Below, in pieces: positions 8,537 to 17,539 of a stretch of DNA of 26,451 nucleotides (position 1 is its first letter; each line of letters begins with the position of its first letter). The notes beneath the pieces were generated by a model that saw only the letters and a program-made list of their open reading frames with translations, searched no databases and was not told where the DNA came from. The stretch comes from a virus (lineage: Duplodnaviria; Caudoviricetes). A program made the translations under genes and the position numbers. The stretch is from IMG/VR virus record IMGVR_UViG_3300038330_000008, positions 1-26,451 of that record; one strand, given 5' to 3'.

Positions 8537-9088
8537 ATGCCACGAGCAAAGGTCGAGAAGGAAGCGGAGGAGCAGGACGGGGGCGCGACCCTGACCTTCG
8601 AGCAACTGAAAGACCTCATGGTGGGTGTGGCGGAAGGTTCCTCCCGTGCCATGCACAAGGAGCTACGGCCCTCCAATCCCACCTTCCCCGACGTGAGCGC
8701 CTACAATCCCCTGGGGGAGCGTGACCATCCCCGCCCGGATCTCACCCGCCCGACCTACTTCTGCGGCGGGGAGCAGCGGAGGGAGTGGCTCACCAGGGAG
8801 GAGATCGACGCCTTCAACGCCATCAAGACCGATTGTGTGGCGAAGGACGGGCGCTGGACGGCCAGGATTCAGCGGGACAACTCCGGGCAACCCCGGCTAT
8901 TTGTCAATGTGCCGCACAGAGGCATCGACCAGCGGGCGGAACTCCCGCCGCTCCTGATCATCCTGCGCGAACTCGTGGAAGGGCCGGAACTCAACGACAT
9001 CGAGATGCTGCGCCTCAAGGTGCAGGAACTTGAGAAGCAGGTGGTCCGCAACCACAAAGCCCCTGTTGAGGTCGAGGATGGCGCTTAG
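8537..9088 (+). CDS. Hypothetical protein (post-capsid position)
   Basis: GAGG SD before ATG at 8537; typical codon bias; C-terminal coiled coil. Confidence 0.8.
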   Translation: MPRAKVEKEAEEQDGGATLTFEQLKDLMVGVAEGSSRAMHKELRPSNPTFPDVSAYNPLGERDHPRPDLTRPTYFCGGEQRREWLTREEIDAFNAIKTDCVAKDGRWTARIQRDNSGQPRLFVNVPHRGIDQRAELPPLLIILRELVEGPELNDIEMLRLKVQELEKQVVRNHKAPVEVEDGA

Positions 9089-9440
9089 CCAGCTATTCGC
9101 CATGACGGAACCGGCTGTCTACCCGCTCCATATCTACCGTGGGGATTCCTATCGCTGGATCTTCATCTGCTGGGCAGACAGCGCCAAGACGGTGCCTGCG
9201 GATCTGACGGGCGTGGTGGTGATCGCGGAGATTCATCAGGTGCGGATCATCGTGCCGCTCACTTGCATCGTCACCGGGCAGGAAATCGAGATGAAGCTCT
9301 CTGGTGTGGATAGCAAGTCGCTGGATCGCAGCGATGCCGTCTGGGATCTGCAACTGGCCTATCCCTCGGGTGACGTGAAAACGATCCTCAAGGGCGGGGT
9401 GCTCATCAAGGGCGACGTGGTGGGATCGAGGGCTGCGTAG
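9078..9440 (+). CDS. BppU/baseplate-upper-like small structural domain protein
   Basis: LHIYRGDSY...PADLTG...AVWDLQLAYPSGDVKTILKG..I..DV pattern of this beta-sandwich family; start may be 9078 or 9102. Confidence 0.7.
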   Translation: MALSQLFAMTEPAVYPLHIYRGDSYRWIFICWADSAKTVPADLTGVVVIAEIHQVRIIVPLTCIVTGQEIEMKLSGVDSKSLDRSDAVWDLQLAYPSGDVKTILKGGVLIKGDVVGSRAA

Positions 9441-9494
9441 GATGCCCCTCTGGGGCCTCCAGCGCCTCTAGGAGCGACGAACGAGGGCCGCCTA

Positions 9495-10175
9495 ATGCCG
9501 ACTGACGTAGAAGCCGTAGACATCATCCTCGGGGGCATCCAAGGGCCTCCGGGACCGACCGGGGCACCGGGACCGCCCGTGGACCCCTCCACCGATCTCG
9601 TCGTGGACACCATCCAGACGGCGGGTGTGGTCGGGGTGGGGCTGGCCCCCAATCCGAACTGGGGGATTGTCGTCTCAGCCGACACGGGACTGACCGGGAG
9701 CGCCTACTTTGGGGATGCGGTGCATGGGGCGACCACGATCCGGGCTATCGAGGGGTATCTGGAGGGTGGCCGCAGCGTCCCGATGGGCTACTGGCAGAAT
9801 GAACCCTTCAATGCGGCGAATTTCACGTCCTCGCATGGGACGTGGGTGCTGACCGCCCCCGATCAGGTGATTCTGCGTTATACCCTCATTGGCAAGACGA
9901 TGATGGTGGCCTTCTCCATCGACAACTCCACCGTGGTCGGGGTGACCACCTACCTCCGCATCAAGGTGCCGGGGGGCTATACGGCCTCCTCCTTGTCCAC
10001 CGGGCGTGGGGCCACCGACTACGTGGACAACGGGGCACCCATTTCGGTCACGGGGTTCGCGGTCGTGATTCCGTCCAGCACCCAGATCCAGTTGTACAAG
10101 GATGAGTTCGTGAACTGGCAGACCTCCTTGAACAACACCGATGTGCGTGGCTCCATCGCCTTCGAGATCGCCTGA
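9495..10175 (+). CDS. Short fibre / receptor-binding protein with short collagen stretch
   Basis: GIQGPPGPTGAPGPP, then a C-terminal beta domain paralogous to that of 13147-14535. Confidence 0.75.
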   Translation: MPTDVEAVDIILGGIQGPPGPTGAPGPPVDPSTDLVVDTIQTAGVVGVGLAPNPNWGIVVSADTGLTGSAYFGDAVHGATTIRAIEGYLEGGRSVPMGYWQNEPFNAANFTSSHGTWVLTAPDQVILRYTLIGKTMMVAFSIDNSTVVGVTTYLRIKVPGGYTASSLSTGRGATDYVDNGAPISVTGFAVVIPSSTQIQLYKDEFVNWQTSLNNTDVRGSIAFEIA

Positions 10176-10234
10176 TGTGTATTTGGTTCTGGCCCAATAA
10201 CCTTTCGGGTATTCGCGCCTTCGAGATTGCGTAA
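10157..10234 (+). repeat. Imperfect 19-nt direct repeat of the fibre gene 3' end (10157-10175 and 10216-10234)
   Basis: CGCCTTCGAGATCGCCTGA vs CGCCTTCGAGATTGCGTAA; all three differences are synonymous (AFEIA-stop in both). Confidence 0.8.
10175..10234 (+). CDS. 19-aa bridging mini-ORF MCIWFWPNNLSGIRAFEIA
   Basis: TGATG overlap upstream and TAATG overlap downstream. Confidence 0.4.
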   Translation: MCIWFWPNNLSGIRAFEIA

Positions 10235-11202
10235 TGACGCTCCAAGACATCGAGCAGGCCATCTACCGGCGCACCGGGTACTCCGACTACCCGCCGCAGG
10301 ATGTCCAGCGCCGGGTGCGGGGCTACATCAACGAGTGGCACCGCAGGATTCTCTCGCTACCGGGGCTGACAAAGCTCCGCGACTCCACGGAGCGGCTGAC
10401 GATCATGAGTGTGGCGGGGCAGTCTCACTACTCGCTTGGTCCCACCGTCGCTCGGGTGCTCAACATCACTGACCGCCAGAACGACCTCAAGCTCCTGCCG
10501 CAATCACTTGACTGGTATCGCACGCAGGAGCCTGATCCGACAGGTATCCAGGGGGTGCCCGACTACTACATCCCCATCGGATTCCGCCCGGTGATGGTGC
10601 AGCCGCAGCGCACGGGCCTCTGGGTGCTCTCGTCCAGTGTGACGGATACCGGCACCGTGTTCCTTGAAGGCGTGCGCGGGTTGGGCGTGACGCAGACGGA
10701 GAGTGTGATCCTCAGCGGTACGACCACGGTGCAGGCGGGAGTGTTCTCGGACTACCTCTCGGTGGAGAAATTCTACCTCTCGGCTCCACAGACGGGCACG
10801 GTGATGCTCGTGAGCGATGCCGCGGCCAGCGTAGAACTCGGGCGCATCCTCCCCGGCACCACGATGATGCGCCACTTCACGATCATCCTGTTCCCCACGC
10901 CGTCTGGTGCCGTGCCCTACCACATTGACTACACGCGCCAGATCCTCGATCTGGTGAACCCGACCGATGAGCCGCTCCTCCCGCAGGACTTCCATCACCT
11001 CCTGGTGCTCGCCGGGCGTGCCGACGAGTACGAGCGCAAGGACGACACGCGCTCGGGGGATGCCAAGGCGGAACTGGCCGGGGGGATCGTGATGCTCCGC
11101 CACTACGTCGAGAACCCTCCGGGCTACTTCATCGTGCCGGGGGAGGATGTGACTGGGGGCCGCTCGAATCTCGGCCCGTGGTTCCCCCGTGGACGGTGGT
11201 AG
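10234..11202 (+). CDS. Head-tail adaptor / tail tubular protein A-like
   Basis: MTLQDI..., GYINEW.R.I, AGQSHYSL, G.P.YY, LFPTP and DEPLLPQDFHHLLV motifs typical of adaptor proteins; sits before the nozzle gene. Confidence 0.75.
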   Translation: MTLQDIEQAIYRRTGYSDYPPQDVQRRVRGYINEWHRRILSLPGLTKLRDSTERLTIMSVAGQSHYSLGPTVARVLNITDRQNDLKLLPQSLDWYRTQEPDPTGIQGVPDYYIPIGFRPVMVQPQRTGLWVLSSSVTDTGTVFLEGVRGLGVTQTESVILSGTTTVQAGVFSDYLSVEKFYLSAPQTGTVMLVSDAAASVELGRILPGTTMMRHFTIILFPTPSGAVPYHIDYTRQILDLVNPTDEPLLPQDFHHLLVLAGRADEYERKDDTRSGDAKAELAGGIVMLRHYVENPPGYFIVPGEDVTGGRSNLGPWFPRGRW

Positions 11203-11205
11203 CCG

Positions 11206-13146
11206 GTGGCTTCGCGTAACCGGCAGTACCTCACCATCCGTGACTTGAGGGGCGGCATGAACGACACCGACCCGCCCACCCTCGTGGCCGAGAACGAGTG
11301 TATCGAAGCGGTGAACGTGGACTGGCAGGAGGGCGGGATCGCGCACCGTCGCCACGGTTCCGAGGTGTTCGACGTGAGCGGCCACACCTTCACGAAGGAT
11401 CTCGCCACCCTCTACCGCCATGTCTCGGACTTCACGCAACTCAAGGCGGAACTCTGGGCCTTCGACTTCGATGGGCATGTGAACCGGCTCAGTGACGGGG
11501 CGACGTGGACCGCCTTCGACACGCCCGATCCCATCTCGGACCCCCAGCACGTCGTCTGCTGCACCTTCAACGGCCAATGCTTCATGGCCTACAACTCGGG
11601 GGTGGATCGCCTGCATGTGGCGCAGGATAACGGCCCCGGAGACCGGACCCTGCGCCGGGTCGGGATCACGCCCCCTGCGGCCCCGACCATCGGCACCAAG
11701 AGTGCGGGAGCCGTCACCGACACCCGCACCTACAAGGTGGGCTGGCGCTACGAGACGACCGTGTTCGGCACCTACATCACCCGCTCGGAACTCTCCCCCG
11801 CCTCGACGCCTGCGACGGTGCTCGCCGCGCAGCAGGTGATCGTGAACCGGCCTGCGCTCCCAACCTCCCCCGTCGAGGATGTGACGCACTGGGATCTCTA
11901 TGCGGCCTCGACGGACGGCGTGTACTACGGCCCGATTGCCTCGGCTCCCGCCGCCACCGCGAGCCTCATCGATAACGTCGCCGTCATCAACACCTTCCCG
12001 GTGGCTCCGCTCATCGGGGCCTACCTGCCGCCGCCCTCGGCCCGCTTCCTCATCACGGACGGCAACCGCCTGATCATGGCCGGAAGCTGGGAGCAGGAGC
12101 CGAATGCGCCCCGCAGCCACGGCCTGAGCAGCCGGGTGTGGTTCACCCCCGTGTTGGGCACCAGCAGCGGCAACGGGGAACGGGTGCCCGAGATCGCCAA
12201 TGTCCAGAACAACTACCTCGATCTCACCGAGAAGGACGGGGAATCCATCACCGGGCTGGCGCAACTGCTCGGCATGGTCTACGTGTTCAAGCAGCGCCAA
12301 CTCTGGAAGCTCGTGCCCACCGGCATCGATACGGCCCCCTACCATGTGGTGCAGGTGAGCCGTGACATCGGCACCCTCTCGCACAAGTCGATCTGTGTGG
12401 GCGAGGATCAGGATGGCAACCCGGCGCTCTACTTCCTCAGCCACACGGGTCCCTACCGCATTGGCTCGACCGGGCTGGAGTTTCTGGGTTGGAAGATCCG
12501 GCGCTTCTGGGACCGGGTGAACCTGACACCCACGGAGCAGCACGCGACGGGTCTCCACTACAGCGAGAAACAGGAAATCTGGTGGTGGATCGCGGTGGAT
12601 GGGTCCAACTCCCCCAATGTGCGGCTGATGTACGACATGCTCGACGGGGGCTTCTCGGTGAATCCCTACCCCAATCAGGACCCGGTGGGGACGGCCTCGT
12701 GCCTCTTTTCGGATGTGCCTGGGACGCGCATGTCGATTGAGATGAAGCCGTACTTCTCGCTCAACAAGGGCGAGCCGGTCATCCTCAAGGGGGATACCGG
12801 CACCCGCGACTACGGCGAGAAGTATCAGGCGCTCATCACGACCAAGCCTTACGTCCTGGAGACGATCCTGCGGGAGACGAGCGCGTGGGAGGGGCGGATT
12901 CTCGCCGTGGCGGCCCCGACCGAGGTGCAACTCACGCTCATCCGGGACTTCGGGCTGGAGATCCACGAGGAGATGATCGACCTGACGCCCCAGTTGGCCG
13001 AGACGCATGTGATCCGCAAGTTCGAGGCGAGCTACCTCTCGGGGAATCGCGCCCTTCAGGTGACGCTGGGCGATCCGGGGAACGTGGATGCCGACTGGAC
13101 GCTCGATGAACTGGTGCTCCCTGTCCAAGCCCATCAGGAGGACTGA
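11206..13146 (+). CDS. Tail nozzle / packaged-DNA stabilisation protein (tubular B or P22 gp10-like)
   Basis: DLRGGMND N-terminus, AVNVDW..GG...RRHGS, beta-propeller-like motifs ([34 protein letters not shown]). Confidence 0.75.
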   Translation: MASRNRQYLTIRDLRGGMNDTDPPTLVAENECIEAVNVDWQEGGIAHRRHGSEVFDVSGHTFTKDLATLYRHVSDFTQLKAELWAFDFDGHVNRLSDGATWTAFDTPDPISDPQHVVCCTFNGQCFMAYNSGVDRLHVAQDNGPGDRTLRRVGITPPAAPTIGTKSAGAVTDTRTYKVGWRYETTVFGTYITRSELSPASTPATVLAAQQVIVNRPALPTSPVEDVTHWDLYAASTDGVYYGPIASAPAATASLIDNVAVINTFPVAPLIGAYLPPPSARFLITDGNRLIMAGSWEQEPNAPRSHGLSSRVWFTPVLGTSSGNGERVPEIANVQNNYLDLTEKDGESITGLAQLLGMVYVFKQRQLWKLVPTGIDTAPYHVVQVSRDIGTLSHKSICVGEDQDGNPALYFLSHTGPYRIGSTGLEFLGWKIRRFWDRVNLTPTEQHATGLHYSEKQEIWWWIAVDGSNSPNVRLMYDMLDGGFSVNPYPNQDPVGTASCLFSDVPGTRMSIEMKPYFSLNKGEPVILKGDTGTRDYGEKYQALITTKPYVLETILRETSAWEGRILAVAAPTEVQLTLIRDFGLEIHEEMIDLTPQLAETHVIRKFEASYLSGNRALQVTLGDPGNVDADWTLDELVLPVQAHQED

Positions 13147-14535
13147 GTGAAGCTGGGCCTGATGAACCGGGAGGAAATCTCGCACCTGAGCCGTCCGCTG
13201 ACGGATGAACTCGACTCGATGATTGCCCGCATTCGGGCGACATGGGACGTGGACCACAACCCGGATGGCACGCACCACTCCGGGCTGAGCGGGGAGCCGG
13301 GACCGCCCGGACCACCCGGACCCGCAGGCCCCGCTGGAGGCCCCCAGGGACCTCCAGGACCGCAGGGGGACCCAGGGCCTGCCGGACCCACAGGCCCCAC
13401 CGGATCGACCGGCCCAGCGGGTCCTACGGGACCAGAAGGGCCATCTGGTGCCGACTCCACGGTTCCCGGCCCACAGGGTCCGCAGGGAGCCATCGGCCCT
13501 CCCGGACCTGAAGGGCCAGAGGGAGCGGCGAGCACCGTGCCCGGTCCCGAGGGGCCAGCAGGAGCCACAGGTCCGGAGGGTCCAGAGGGGCCGCAAGGGG
13601 CGGATAGCACGGTGCCAGGGCCTCCCGGAGCCACAGGAGCGACAGGGCCAGAGGGACCACAGGGCGATCCCGGCCCGCAGGGGATTCAGGGCATCCCTGG
13701 GACGACCGGGGCCACCGGCTCGCAGGGTCCTCAAGGCGTCAAGGGCGATACCGGGAATACCGGGGCGCAGGGGATTCAGGGGATACCGGGTCCAGAAGGG
13801 CCAGAGGGTCCAATCGGCCCCGAGGGACCGCAGGGGGATGTCGGGCCACAGGGACCCGCAGGGACCGCGACGGTGCCCGATCCCCTCGCCATCAACGTCC
13901 TCACGGTCGCTGACTCCGCCGCCATCGGGGGCTGCCCACTGGTGGCCGGGACGGATCTCACCGTCTGCGGCACCTCGCAACTCACCGGGGATGTGGGCCT
14001 CGGCGGGGTGCCGGTGGCGGGCACCGACCTGACGGTGTACGGGACGACCACCCTCTCGGGGGCGGTGACGGCGGGGGCAAGTCTCACGGTGCAGGGTGGC
14101 CTCGGGGTGATGATTCCCTCTGGCGGGGTGACGGAACTGGGTCGCTCGGCGGCGATGGGCTACGGCATCAACGTGGCCTACTCTGCCGCGAACTTCACAG
14201 CCGGGGCCGGGGCGTGGACGGTGGACGCGGGGGATCAGGTGATCCTGCGCTACACGCTGGTCGGCAAGACGATGCTCCTGATGTTCTACCTCAACACCAC
14301 CAGTGTGTCGGTGGCGACCAATGAACTCCGCATCAAGATTCCCGGTGGCTTTGCGGTGAGTTCCTCGGCTTATGGGACCGGGATCTGGACCGGAGAATCA
14401 CCGATGACGACCGGCCCCATCACCGCGACGTACACTCTCGCCTATGTCGCCTTGAACAAGGCCGGGTTTGCGAACTTCGCTACCGCGACCAACACGCTGA
14501 GTGTGCGCGGTTCCATCACCTTCGAGATTGCCTGA
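13147..14535 (+). CDS. Collagen-like tail fibre protein
   Basis: N-terminal DHNPDGTH anchor motif, long G-X-Y tract, two [11 protein letters not shown] repeats, C-terminal beta domain ending [10 protein letters not shown]; AGGAGG SD. Confidence 0.85.
   Translation: MKLGLMNREEISHLSRPLTDELDSMIARIRATWDVDHNPDGTHHSGLSGEPGPPGPPGPAGPAGGPQGPPGPQGDPGPAGPTGPTGSTGPAGPTGPEGPSGADSTVPGPQGPQGAIGPPGPEGPEGAASTVPGPEGPAGATGPEGPEGPQGADSTVPGPPGATGATGPEGPQGDPGPQGIQGIPGTTGATGSQGPQGVKGDTGNTGAQGIQGIPGPEGPEGPIGPEGPQGDVGPQGPAGTATVPDPLAINVLTVADSAAIGGCPLVAGTDLTVCGTSQLTGDVGLGGVPVAGTDLTVYGTTTLSGAVTAGASLTVQGGLGVMIPSGGVTELGRSAAMGYGINVAYSAANFTAGAGAWTVDAGDQVILRYTLVGKTMLLMFYLNTTSVSVATNELRIKIPGGFAVSSSAYGTGIWTGESPMTTGPITATYTLAYVALNKAGFANFATATNTLSVRGSITFEIA
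13282..13863 (+). repeat. Collagen G-X-Y tract with three STVP interruptions
   Basis: Repeated GPE/GPQ/GAT triplets; GADSTVPGP twice and GAASTVPGP once. Confidence 0.9.
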
Positions 14536-14546
14536 GAGGGGTTCCT

Positions 14547-14840
14547 ATGAGTGTCGGCCTCCCGGTCACGAAAGACGAGATTGACGCCCGCTCGGGCGAC
14601 ATCTCGCGCACCTTCCAGCGCGTGTTCGAGGATGTGCTGACGATGCAGGAATATCTGACCGCGACGGTCGATGCCGATCTCGTCGCACTGGGGTACACCA
14701 CTGAGGAAGTGGGCCTGCTCAAGTCGGCCTTTGCGGATCTAGAACAACTTGGACGCATCTGGGATGGAAGCGAGGGTCTTGCCGCTGCCAAGGACTTTAG
14801 AATCTTTGTGCAGCGGTTGTGGGGTGTGGGCGCGTTCTAA
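14547..14840 (+). CDS. Small helical protein after the fibre (possible fibre chaperone or cap)
   Basis: 97 aa with SD; DADLVALGYTTEEV motif; position directly after the fibre gene. Confidence 0.75.
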   Translation: MSVGLPVTKDEIDARSGDISRTFQRVFEDVLTMQEYLTATVDADLVALGYTTEEVGLLKSAFADLEQLGRIWDGSEGLAAAKDFRIFVQRLWGVGAF

Positions 14841-15307
14841 TGGTCGTGACGCTCGCGCCAAATCGTACCTCGTCGGATCATCGTAATGAGGCTGGGACTG
14901 ACACCGTAGAGGTCGGCAATGGTGCGGGGCGATTCGCCCGTCAGTTGTCGGATGGCGTCGGCGTCTGCTCGACTGAGCTTGATGATGCGCCGTTCACGGT
15001 CGTCTCTGTCCTTCACGTTATCAGCCGGTGTCCCGGCCAGCAGGTGTGCGACGTTGCAGCACGGCGGGTTGTCGCAGGCGTGGCGTACGTTCTCAGGCCA
15101 CCAGCCGTGATGGATGAAGAAGGCGACCCGATGAGCCAGCAAAGTGTGTGGGTCCATGCGGAACACCCCGTACTTGAATGGGCCGCAAGACAGTTTCCCA
15201 GCCTGCCACGGCCAACACTCGTCCGACTCTCGGACTTCGACTTTGGCCCAGAAGCGCGAGAGTTGTTGTGGGGTGAGTGGATTTGTGGAGAGAATGCGCG
15301 TAGCCAT
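14837..15307 (-). CDS. HNH homing endonuclease (HNH_3 type) with C-terminal HTH, inverted in the late operon
   Basis: RFWAKV..DECWPW...YGVF...AHRVAF...VRHACDNPPCCNVAHLLAGTPADNVKD, then KLS..D...IR...IADLYGVSPSLITMIRRG.IW. Confidence 0.93.
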   Translation of the reverse strand: MATRILSTNPLTPQQLSRFWAKVEVRESDECWPWQAGKLSCGPFKYGVFRMDPHTLLAHRVAFFIHHGWWPENVRHACDNPPCCNVAHLLAGTPADNVKDRDDRERRIIKLSRADADAIRQLTGESPRTIADLYGVSPSLITMIRRGTIWRERHDH

Positions 15308-15379
15308 GACGCCTCCCTGATAGGCGGGGTGGTTAGAGGCCGGGCGGCGGTGATACGTCGTCCTGCCTCGCTCATTCTA
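15308..15379 (-). promoter_or_regulatory. Putative promoter and structured leader of the inverted HNH gene
   Basis: TAGAAT -10-like box (15379-15374), a long imperfect inverted repeat (15336-15369), then a CGCCT/AGGCG stem enclosing the GGAGG SD. No convincing -35. Confidence 0.55.
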
Positions 15380-15405
15380 GCGTATCCTCTGCCGGGAGAG
15401 TAATC

Positions 15406-16614
15406 ATGCTACGCGACCGAGGCGGCTTCGACCGGGAAGCGCGGCGGCGGGCGCTCCTGGAGCAACTGGGGCAGGTGGGGCCAACGGCGGCTCCGGTGCT
15501 GGCGGCTCCCATTACACCCTCGCCCTCACGGGTGCGGACCTACGAGCCGCCCCCGACTGCGGCGGCTCCCATCAGGCGTCCTAATCCCTTCTCGGGAGGC
15601 TACGTGGCTCCGGGCACGACGGCACCGCCTCCGGCCACGTTCCCCACGCCCTCGATGCAGCCGCTGAGCACAGGGCAGGGACCGCAGCGGCCGGGTCGTC
15701 CTGAGCGTCCTGTCGGCGCAGCCCCGCCCCCGCCACAGGCTCCCGCACCACCTCCGGCTCCGGGGACTACCCCTGAGCAGGGGTTGTCCCAGTTCGAGCA
15801 GGATCGGCAGGATCGGCTGAACCGCTTCCGTGAGGAGCGCGGCCTGCCGCCCATCCAGACACCACCGGAGACGGCTGTGCCTCCTGCGGAGGGTGAGGAA
15901 GGCGAGGCAGCCCCGGCGACGGGGGAACTCCCGGAAGGTTGGGTCACGGTTGGGGGTCTCAGTATGCCCTCGGGCTGGGGAGCCTTTGCCGGACCGGGCC
16001 ACATGGAAGGCTACGGGGTGCATGGCGGCCCCAGCAGCTACGGCGAGGCCAGCACCGAGAACCCGCACTTCGGGCGGCAGTATCAGGTGAGCCGCATCCT
16101 CAGTCACATTGACCCGGATGCTGAGGATTCCCTGGAGCAGGCCCATGCCGTCTTCGAGAAGGCCGGGATCGCGCACCAGTGGGACGGGTTCGACCGCTTC
16201 GACTTCGGCCAAGGCTGGGTGGATCTCAAGCACAACAAGCGGTTCGTCAAGACCGGAGAGGGACCCAACGACTGGACGTATCTGGAGCAGGGTGGGGCGG
16301 GAGGGTCGGCTGAGGCGGTGGGTGGCCGTGGCACCATGACCGGGACCTTGGGAGCCGGGGGGATGACGGTCGATCAACTCACCACGCTGTTCTCCACCGA
16401 TCCCGCCCTCTCGCAACTCGCAGCCCCGAGTCCGCAATTTCTCCAGTTCCTCGCCGGGTTGAGCGAGGCGGAGCAGAGCCAGTTGATCAAGCAGTTGCTC
16501 GCACGGCCCGGTGAGACGCCCGAGGAGGAAGCCCCGCGTGAGGAGGCCCCGCCCACGGAGCGGGCCACGCATCAGCGGGGCGGTGCCCGAGGCGGCACGG
16601 GCAGGGGGTACTGA
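15406..16614 (+). CDS. Probable internal virion / DNA-ejection protein
   Basis: Pro-rich disordered N-terminal half with a small aromatic globular core; first of five such genes after the tail module. Confidence 0.6.
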   Translation: MLRDRGGFDREARRRALLEQLGQVGPTAAPVLAAPITPSPSRVRTYEPPPTAAAPIRRPNPFSGGYVAPGTTAPPPATFPTPSMQPLSTGQGPQRPGRPERPVGAAPPPPQAPAPPPAPGTTPEQGLSQFEQDRQDRLNRFREERGLPPIQTPPETAVPPAEGEEGEAAPATGELPEGWVTVGGLSMPSGWGAFAGPGHMEGYGVHGGPSSYGEASTENPHFGRQYQVSRILSHIDPDAEDSLEQAHAVFEKAGIAHQWDGFDRFDFGQGWVDLKHNKRFVKTGEGPNDWTYLEQGGAGGSAEAVGGRGTMTGTLGAGGMTVDQLTTLFSTDPALSQLAAPSPQFLQFLAGLSEAEQSQLIKQLLARPGETPEEEAPREEAPPTERATHQRGGARGGTGRGY

Positions 16615-17528
16615 TGGCGACCACGGCACCGACCACGACCTCACCGCAGTTCGTTGGCCCCACGCGCCAGTGGTTCGACACGCTGCAAGAGAGCCAGAAA
16701 CAGAAGGCGTTCACCCAATGGAACCAGTGGGGCGTGCCGCAGCGCCAAGCCTTCCTCACCAGTGACCCGAACGCCCAGAAGACGCAACTTCAGGGGATCA
16801 TCGGGCAAGCCGTTCCACCGACGAAGCCTCCAAGTGGTGCGCCGGTTAACAACATTCCCACCACTCCTGGTGTGGGTACGCCCGGGCTGGTGACGAATAC
16901 CCCTGGGGTGATTGGTGTCCAGCCACAGGCGGGGCAGACGACCACGAACACCGCCCTCGTCCGGCAGCAACTCATGAATATGCTGGCCCTCGATCCCAAC
17001 AAGATCGGGGCGAACGATCCCGACATCGCTCCGGCCCGTGCTGCCTATGATGTCGCAGCACAGCGAGCCGGGGATCGGCAGCAGTCGCAACTGGCTGAGC
17101 AGGCCGCGTTCCAAGGACTCGGCACCGGAGCACTCCATACGGCCCAGCAGGGCATCGAGCAGCAGTCGAAGGAAGCGAGGGCTGCCTACAACGCCGACCT
17201 CACCATGCAGGCGCTGGAGAGTCGGAGAGGTCGTCTCATGGAGGGTCTCAAGCTCGGGGCCGGGTTGCTCTCACAGGAGCAGGAGAACAAGCTCCGCATG
17301 GACATCGCCAACCTCGATGCCGAGATCCGCCGCTTCGGGATTCAAGTGCAGGAGCGGTTGGGACTGGGCGACCTCGATCTGCGGAAGCTCCTCGGGATGC
17401 GCGAACTCGATCTGACCAAGCGGGCACAGGATCTCCAGAACAAGCAGTTCGGGCAGCGTCTTGGCTTCGACATCGGGAGTCGTGAGGCGGAACTCAATCA
17501 AGCGCCATTCAACATCTTCGGGTTCTAG
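16614..17528 (+). CDS. Probable DNA-ejection (pilot) protein
   Basis: Gln/Ala-rich helices (QLAEQAAFQGLGTGA..., RLGLGDLDL); TGATG coupling to the upstream gene. Confidence 0.7.
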   Translation: MATTAPTTTSPQFVGPTRQWFDTLQESQKQKAFTQWNQWGVPQRQAFLTSDPNAQKTQLQGIIGQAVPPTKPPSGAPVNNIPTTPGVGTPGLVTNTPGVIGVQPQAGQTTTNTALVRQQLMNMLALDPNKIGANDPDIAPARAAYDVAAQRAGDRQQSQLAEQAAFQGLGTGALHTAQQGIEQQSKEARAAYNADLTMQALESRRGRLMEGLKLGAGLLSQEQENKLRMDIANLDAEIRRFGIQVQERLGLGDLDLRKLLGMRELDLTKRAQDLQNKQFGQRLGFDIGSREAELNQAPFNIFGF

Positions 17529-17539
17529 GTAGGTGAGTG

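Noticed and set aside
8440-8540. Programmed frameshift extending the major capsid protein
   Set aside because: No slippery heptamer before the TAG; the downstream hairpin with U-tract fits a terminator and the next gene has its own SD.
10504-13980. 1158-aa minus-strand ORF (also 1013-2146, 15526-16644 and similar)
   Set aside because: Antisense shadows of GC3-rich genes; Arg/Gly/His-rich translations with no motifs, opposite well-supported structural genes.
9760-14535. Diversity-generating retroelement TR/VR pair suggested by the two similar fibre ends
   Set aside because: Both copies are coding, differences are spread over all bases and synonymous sites rather than adenines, and no reverse transcriptase is in the window.
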